Shown: in pieces, positions 56,835 to 64,000 of the stretch
Numbering within the stretch: position 1 is the first letter of the stretch
Layout of the letters: each line of letters opens with the position of its first letter
Made by a program: the position numbers and the translations under genes
Assembly: GCA_035193785.1 (NCBI GenBank)
Contig: CP136572.1
Span: 2,004,578-2,068,577, forward strand
Direction: 5' to 3'
DNA: 64,000 nucleotides
From: Planktothrix sp. GU0601_MAG3
GTDB lineage: Bacteria > Cyanobacteriota > Cyanobacteriia > Cyanobacteriales > Microcoleaceae
The notes under the pieces: model-generated
What the model was told of the DNA's origin: nothing
What the model saw: the letters and a program-made list of their open reading frames with translations, nothing else
Database searches by the model: none

Positions 56835-56908
56835 GGGCTTGTAGCTCAGTGGACTAGAGCACGTGGCTACGGACCACGGTGTCGGGGGTTCGAATCCCTC
56901 CTAGCCCG
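56835..56908 (+). tRNA. tRNA-Arg (ACG)
   Basis: Canonical cloverleaf with anticodon arm CGTGG-CTACGGA-CCACG. Confidence 0.97.
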
Positions 56909-56931
56909 TTAGATAACTTAATATCAGGTTT

Positions 56932-56997
56932 AGGGGAAAATTTATCAAGAAGCCGCGTCGTGAGCTTGTCGAACGGTTGATAAGTTTTCCCCTTTTT
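56932..56997 (+). terminator. tRNA terminator hairpin with a small repeat in its loop
   Basis: AGGGGAAAATTTATCAA...TTGATAAGTTTTCCCCT plus T run; loop carries CGTCGTGAGCTTGTCGAACG. Confidence 0.65.
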
Positions 56998-57078
56998 CAA
57001 AAACTTGTCATTTCTGCTTAAATCAAGTAGGGGCGAATGGCCATTCGCCCCTACTTCTAATGTTAGGGGGTTATTTGT

Positions 57079-59777
57079 TTATTCTTCTTCCCCAGATTCC
57101 CCAGACTCCCCAGGTTCTCCAGATTCTTCAGAATTGGATAGACTTTCCGCGTCTTCTTCCCCAGAAGCGGGAACAATAGCAACCGCAGCAATGGAATCTT
57201 CCTCGTATAATCGCTGAAACCCGAACCCCGGTAGCACTTCGAGATTGCAGGGGAATGGCATTCACGACTTGACGAATAATAATTCCTCGACTGCTAATTA
57301 ACATTAATTCATGGGTTTCATCCACGACTTTTAAAGCCACGACTTCATCTTTTTTCGCATGGGGTTTAAACTTGGTGGCAATAATTCCTTTCCCAGCCCG
57401 ATTTTGTAGGCGGAATTGGGACACTGGAACCCGTTTTCCATAACCACTGGCGGTTATGACCAAAACCGATAATCCTAGGGAGTTGACCTCCGCTACCACT
57501 TCAGTTAGTTCGTTTTCTTCGGTGGTTTCCGTGGTGGTTAGTTCGTTTTCTTCCTCGATAGTTTCTACCGTCGTTAGCACTAATTCTTCATCAGTTTCAG
57601 GTTCTTCTCCCTCCGCTTCCACAAAATTAGAAATAATCGCACTAGGCAAAATATCCATGCTGATTAGGGTATCATCCCCTTTCAATTTCATGGATTTAAC
57701 GCCACGGGTTGCCCGTCCCAAGGGTCGCAATTGTTTATTATTGGCTTTAAAATGAATGGCCATACCGTGACGGGAACCAATGATAATACCATCGTCAACT
57801 TTTGCCCGTCTGACCCAGCGTAATTCGTCTCCTTCTTCTAAGGAAATGGCAATCAAACCATTAGTTCTAATATTACTAAAGGCGGAGAGTTGAGTCTTCT
57901 TAATAAATCCTCCTTTAGTTAACATCACTAAGTATTCATCATCGCTAAATTCGCTAACGTGAACAATAGAAGTGATCCGTTCTTCCTTGGGAATGGGTAA
58001 CATTTGAACGATGGGAACCCCCCGCGCAGTGCGGGATGAGGCGGGGATTTGATAGGCTCTGATACTATAAACCACCCCCCGATTACTAAAGAATAAAATC
58101 GTGTCATGGTCGCAACAGGTGATAAAGTGTTCAACTCCATCATCCTCTTTCATTTTTGTGCCTTGTTTACCTTTTGTGGCTCGACTTTGGGCGGCAAAAG
58201 TATTAACGGGCATTCGTTTCATGTAGCCCTGTTCTGTTAACAGAATTAAGGCTTTTTCATTGGCAATTAAATCAGTATCTTCTAACTCGCCTTCCGTGTG
58301 TTCAATCACAGTCCGACGAGGGGTATTAAACTTTTGTTTGAGTTCTAGGGCTTCATCTTCAACGATTTCTAAAATTCGTTCTCGTCGGGCTAAAATATCC
58401 TGTAAATCGGCAATTTTGGTTTGCAGTTCTTGGTGTTCTTGGTCAATTTTTTGAGCTTCTAAGGCCGTTAACCGTCGCAATTGCATTTGTAAAATTGCAT
58501 CGGCTTGCTGCTCAGAAAACTCATAGTTAGTAATTAATTCTTGTTTGGCTATGGGAATATCTGCCGCGTGACGAATTAAGGCAATAATTGCATCTAAATT
58601 TTCTAAGGCAATTAATAAACCCAGTAAAAGGTGATCCCGTTCTTGGGCTTTTCTGAGTTCATATTCCGTGCGTTTGCGGATAGTTTGTTCCCGGAAATGC
58701 AGGAATACTTCTAAAAAGCGTTTGAGGGTGAGAATTTCAGGACGGCCATTAACTAGGGCTAACATATTAGCCCCAAAATTGGTTTGTAGGGGCGTTTGTT
58801 TGTAGAGGTTATTGAGGATAACTCGGGGGTAAGCATCCCGTTTGAGTTCAATTACGATCCGCATTCCATCCCGATCGCTTTCATCGCGGATATCGGAAAT
58901 CCCCTCTAATTTCTTATCATTTACCATTTCAGCAATGCGTTCAATCATCGCTGCTTTATTGGTTTGATAAGGTAGTTGGGTGACAATAATTGCTTCTCGA
59001 TCGGGTCTACCTTTATGTTCGATGGTTTCAATGCTGGCAATACCGCGCATGGTAATGGAACCCCGACCATCGGTGTAGGCTTCTTTAATTCCTGATGTGC
59101 CTAAAATTTGCGCTCCGGTGGGAAAATCAGGCCCGGGAATATGGCGCATTAATTCAGCTATGGTAATCTCGGGATTATGAATTAATGCTAGTAAACCATC
59201 GACTAATTCCCCTAAGTTATGGGGGGGAATATTGGTCGCCATCCCCACAGCAATTCCCGAAGATCCATTTAATAGTAATTGCGGAATTCGTGCGGGTAAA
59301 ACTAAAGGTTTCCTGTTGAGATCCATCGAAGTTATCGCCGAAAGCTACGGTTTCTGAATCGATATCTCGCAGTAGAGAATCACTGGTTAAAGCTTGTAGA
59401 CGACATTCGGTATACCGCATAGCCGCGGGGGGATCGTTATCCACCGAGCCAAAGTTGCCATGACCGTTAATTAAAGGCGATCGCATGGAAAAGTCCTGTG
59501 CCATCCGCACCAAGGCATCATAAACGGCCACATCTCCATGGGGGTGATATTTACCGAGTACCTCCCCCACCACACGGGCGCATTTACGGAAGGGCCGATC
59601 GGGTGTTAAGCCCAATTCGTTCATCGCGTACAAGATCCGACGGTGAACGGGTTTCAAACCATCCCGTGCATCTGGCAGCGCTCGCCCTACAATCACGCTC
59701 ATGGCGTATTCTAGGTAGGACTGCTGCATTTCATTTCTCAGATCCGTCGGGACAATTCTCGACTCAGAGGTACTCAT
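57079..59777 (-). CDS. gyrA: DNA gyrase subunit A (+1 frameshifts at 59308 and 57216)
   Basis: [31 protein letters not shown], GyrA-box-like QSRATKG. Confidence 0.96.
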
Positions 59778-59957
59778 ACCTTCAAAAACTCCATTACAAT
59801 TTAAAATTAGTCACATTTAACCGAAAATATTAATAGAAAAAAAATCACTTTCGGTAGGGGTTATAAAATCAGTGACTAATGCCTAAAATTCTACCATAAT
59901 TTGCCTTCTTTTTGGGGGTAAAATCTTGGATTTAAAATTGAAAAAAACCCTTGACAA

Positions 59958-60879
59958 ATGCTAACAGTTATTTATTCTGACGAATTCCTCAATCATAAGA
60001 CGGGATTGTTCCACCCCGAACGGCCAGAACGGTTAACGGCGATTGTAAACGCCCTCAAATCCGTGCCTTGGACGGAACAGTTACGCTGGGAACAGCCGAC
60101 TCCAGTAGCCGATCGCCTAAAATCTTTAATTAAGCTCTTGGAAACAGTACATACTCCCGCCCATATTCAGCAGGTGAAAGCGATCTCAGATCGGGGAGGG
60201 GGGTATTTAGATGGGGACACTCCCCTGTCGGCGGAAAGTTATGATGTGGCACTCTTGGCGGTGAGTGCTTGGTTGGATGGGGTGGATCGGGTCTTAGATA
60301 GTAGACGTCCGGCTTTTGTTTTAGCTCGTCCCCCGGGACATCATGCGGAATCGGATCGGGGTATGGGATTTTGTTTATTGTCTAATGCTGCGATCGCGGC
60401 CTATTACGCCCTCAAAAAGCCGGGAATTCAGAAGGTGGCGATTTTAGATTGGGACGTTCATCACGGTAATGGAACTCAAGAGTTAGTGGAAGATAATCCT
60501 CGGATTGCTTACTGTTTCTTTACATCAATCCCCTTGTTATCCGGGGACGGGATATGCGGATGAACATGGCTCTCACAACAATGTTCTAAATATTCCCATG
60601 TCTCCGGGTAGCACGATTGAGTTATACAAACCCGCCTTTGAAGGTTATATTATGCCCTTTTTACGGCGGTTTGAGCCGGATCTGCTGATCGTGAGTGCGG
60701 GATACGATGCTAACCGAGATGATCCCTTAGCCAGTATTTCTCTACAGCCCGAAGACTATGGACTGTTTACCGAATATTGTCTACAACTGACTTCTAAAAT
60801 TGTCTTTGGACTTGAGGGGGGCTATGATTTGCCGAGTTTATCTCAATCGGTGGTGGCTACCTTAGAAAAATGTTTGTAG
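59958..60879 (+). CDS. Histone deacetylase family protein (+1 frameshift at 60514)
   Basis: HPERPER, RPPGHHA, DWDVHHGNG, SAGYD, LEGGY. Confidence 0.94.
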
Positions 60880-61175
60880 GTTGATGGTTTATCTGCCATT
60901 CCTGAATAGGTTGTGATATTATATCATGGGTTTGGGGACTAAACCCGGTTTATGACTAGGTTTGGATACCAAACCCCTAGGTTTAAATGCAGCGACGACT
61001 TAACGGGCCAGGGGCAGGCAGTGCACATTGATTCAAATCACAACAGTTATCCAGATCAATCACAAATTTACATAGCTTGGAATCACTTAATATTCTGTAC
61101 AAAAAGTTCATAATTAATCTATACAAGCTCACGAACTTTCGTCCTTGAGCAAACCATTCTAAGTAGAGGTGATCC

Positions 61176-61370
61176 ATGATGACATACTGTCCCGTACCCC
61201 TTGAGGAGCTTTTTGGTCAAATTATGTTTTCTAGCGTGGTGACTCGTAGCGATCGCCAAAACCTAAGATCCGCCCTTTTAGCAGATAGTTTGACTGAAGA
61301 CGAAAAGGCAATTATTAACCGACTACTTTACAATGTCCGCAGAGGTTGGGTGAAGTTAGTTGATATGTAG
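61176..61370 (+). CDS. Small hypothetical protein
   Basis: GAGG RBS; LTEDEKAIINRLLYNVRRG. Confidence 0.65.
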   Translation: MMTYCPVPLEELFGQIMFSSVVTRSDRQNLRSALLADSLTEDEKAIINRLLYNVRRGWVKLVDM

Positions 61371-61520
61371 TTGATGGTTTTAAAATCACAACATGATCAA
61401 CAACTTTTTTAAAAAAAAATTTATTTTGGTTTGTGCTTTCTATTCCTAAGTTTGGTGAAGTTGATCAATCTTCGATACAATATCAATCGTTAACTGCAAA
61501 TTCAGGATTGATCCTAACCC

Positions 61521-62229
61521 TTGTTATCCCCATCTCTACTGGTTGCCCATGGTAGCCGCGATCCTCGTCCCCAAGAAGCCTTAAGTCAATTGGCTAAACG
61601 CCTAGGGGAGCTTCCCGGCCGTTTCTTTAGTGGGAACTGCCACTTTAGAATTAGCTCCCCTTCCTCTACATCAACAGATCCAAGATTTTGCCAAGTTAAG
61701 TCAATCTTGGGGATATTCTCAAGTCAAAATTTTACCTTTATTTCTCTCATCGGGCGTTCATGTTAACACGGATTTACCCGCAGAAATTGCGATCGCCCAA
61801 GCACAAATTGGCTCAGAAATTCAACTAAATTTATTACCTTATTTTGGTTCTCAAGTCAACCGTTTAGCCCCTTGGATCGCTACAAAAATGGCAACGGTTG
61901 AAATGGAAAATTGGATTTTAATAGCCCATGGAAGTCGCCATCCAGGGGGAAATCAACCTATGGAACAATTAGCGGCTCAAATCGGGGCAATTCCTGCCTA
62001 TTGGTCGGTTTCTCCCAATTTAGAAACCCAAATTCAAGTATTAATTTCACAGGGAGTTAATCGGATTGGGATTATTCCCTATTTTATGTTTTCCGGCGGT
62101 ATAACCGATGCGATATCCCAATCAATTCAACAGTTTTCTCAACAATTCCCCACCGTGGAATTTAATTTGATTTCACCTTTAGAAATAGATGAAAATTTAG
62201 TTAATTTAATTAGGGATTTATTGCTATAA
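61521..62229 (+). CDS. cbiX: Sirohydrochlorin chelatase, CbiX family (+1 frameshift at 61621)
   Basis: Two HGSR motifs, PLFLSSGVHV, PYFMFSGG. Confidence 0.85.
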
Positions 62230-62338
62230 ATAGAAACAAAAACAACTCAAATTTCACTTCACGAATTTAAGAGGATTATACAGATTAACACAGATTAAAA
62301 TCCGTGAAATCCGTGAAATCTTCTTAAATCCGTGATCC

Positions 62339-64000
62339 CTATCTTGGTTGTAACTTAGGAATTTCGATCACACATTCCGTCCCTAACCCAGCTTCTGAAA
62401 TGCAGGATAATTGACCTTTATGGGTTTCGACGATAATTTTATAACTGGTAGACATTCCTAAACCCGTTCCTAACCCGACATCTTTAGTTGTAAAAAACGG
62501 ATCAAAAATTTTAGCTAAAACCTCGGCGGACATTCCAATTCCATTATCAGCAATTCTAATTTGTACGCGCTGGGAATCTGTTAAGGAGGTTGTAATCCAA
62601 ATTACACCCGGATCAGCAATAATTTCCTTTAATAATCGCTGTTTATTGCGTTGTTTCCACAGCATCAATGGCATTAGCCAATAAATTCATAAAAACTTGA
62701 TTGAGTTCCCCAGCATAGCATTCAACAGGGGGTAAGTTTCCATATTGTTTAATTACTTGAATAGCTGGATGATGGGGTTGTTCTTTTAGGCGACTTTCTA
62801 ACAACATTAAAGTGCTGTCTAAGTTTTCATGTAAATCGATATTTTTCAGTTCTGATTCATCTAAACGAGAAAAAATTCTCAGGGATTTAATAATATCTCT
62901 AATTCGCTCCGCCCCAGTTTTCATTGAATTTAATAATTGAGGGAGATCTTCTGCAATAAAATCTAGTTCGACTGCTTCTAATTTTTCTTCTATTTCTAAT
63001 TCAGGATGGGGATAGTGTTTTTGATATAGTTTAATCACGGAAAATAAATCATCCAGATATTCTTTAGCATAGGTGAGATTTCCAAAAATAAAGCTCACGG
63101 GATTATTAATTTCGTGGGCAATTCCGGCAACCATTTGTCCTAAACTTGACATTTTTTCTGAATGAACTAATTGCATTTGAGCTTGTTGCAATTTAGAAAC
63201 TGTTTGTTCTAATTCCCAGGTTTTTGCCGTTGATATTATAGCAGATTCCTGGGATTTTGTATAGAGTTTTGCTTGATTAATTGCAATTTCTAATTGATTG
63301 ATAACAGAGCGTAAAAGTTCGACTTCTTGAGGTTTCCAAGGACGAGTTTTTTGACAATTGGCTAATACTAAAGCTCCAATATCACCGGATTGAATTTTCA
63401 ACGGGAAAATTAACACTGATTCCAATTCTAAAACCATTAAAAAATTCCGCACCGATGAAATTTCATAGGTAATTACCTGATCAATTTGGATCATTTTTCC
63501 CCGTAAAACCATCTCACTAATCGGGCGTAGGGCATCCCCTGGATACATTTCAGAAATACTGACTAAATTCGAGGCTTTAGATTCCTTGAGGATTTCCCAT
63601 TCTGGAGGATCTAATTCGCTGTGATATCCCACAAAATAACAGCGATCAATTCCTAATAATTGACGAATTTCTTGTACCGTTGTTTCTAAAATTGTATTCC
63701 AATCTAGGGAATTTCTAATCAAATTACCGATGCTATTTTGCATCTTTTCTCGTTCGGCTAATTCCCGCAGTTGTTGTTCTGAATTTTGCCAAGCTGCTTC
63801 GGTTTGTTTGCGATCGCTAATATCTAAAAGTAAACCATCCCAAACAATTGATCCATCGGGTTGTTTCCCTAAACTGCCTCCGGCTTGTATCCACTTTATT
63901 CTACCCGAGGGAGTAATTAAACGGTATTCATGTTGCCAAGGTTTTCCCGTATCTACGGCCTGAGCCATGGAATCTACAAAGCCATTCAGATCATCAGGAT
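62339..64000 (-). CDS. PAS/GAF sensor histidine kinase (5'-truncated by window; +1 frameshift at 62653)
   Basis: PAS tail, [29 protein letters not shown]. Confidence 0.92.

Noticed and set aside
18418..59777. Mass pseudogenisation or programmed frameshifting
   Set aside because: Essential dnaN and gyrA are affected and the breaks share one motif on either strand, which fits a systematic sequencing error better.
974..63817. Frequent GCGATCGC sites as a novel repeat
   Set aside because: This is the well-known cyanobacterial HIP1 sequence.
5449..63963. Short antisense or overlapping ORFs (e.g. 5449, 14403, 36173, 49486, 56534, 57456, 59498, 63730)
   Set aside because: They are shadows of well-supported genes on another frame or strand.

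Overview
About 64 kb of chromosome from a filamentous cyanobacterium. Abundant HIP1 GCGATCGC sites, heptamer tandem repeats and the gene content suggest an Oscillatoriales/Planktothrix-like host (inference). Housekeeping genes (dnaN, nadC, aroE, acs, purS/purQ, moaC, gyrA, cbiX, tRNA-Arg-ACG) are interspersed with signalling genes (CHAT/FecR/DUF928/CHASE2-cyclase cluster, a kinase-TPR protein, three tandem hybrid histidine kinases), two IS200/IS605 elements, MITEs and two orphan tandem 5S rRNA genes. The three most notable observations: (1) an AT-rich cassette between attC-like sites, where a HEPN-motif (RxxxxH) gene is followed 7 nt after its stop by a 137-nt tRNA-mimic RNA whose anticodon region is replaced by two hairpins; (2) 27 of the 28 reading-frame breaks I traced are one extra base turning GAAC/GTTC into GAAAC/GTTTC, probably a sequencing footprint of a DNA modification such as phosphorothioation; (3) a small GIY-YIG nuclease preceded by 8 x 61-bp tandem repeats and followed by inverted copies of the same motif. 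Split genes are reported as single frameshifted CDSs.
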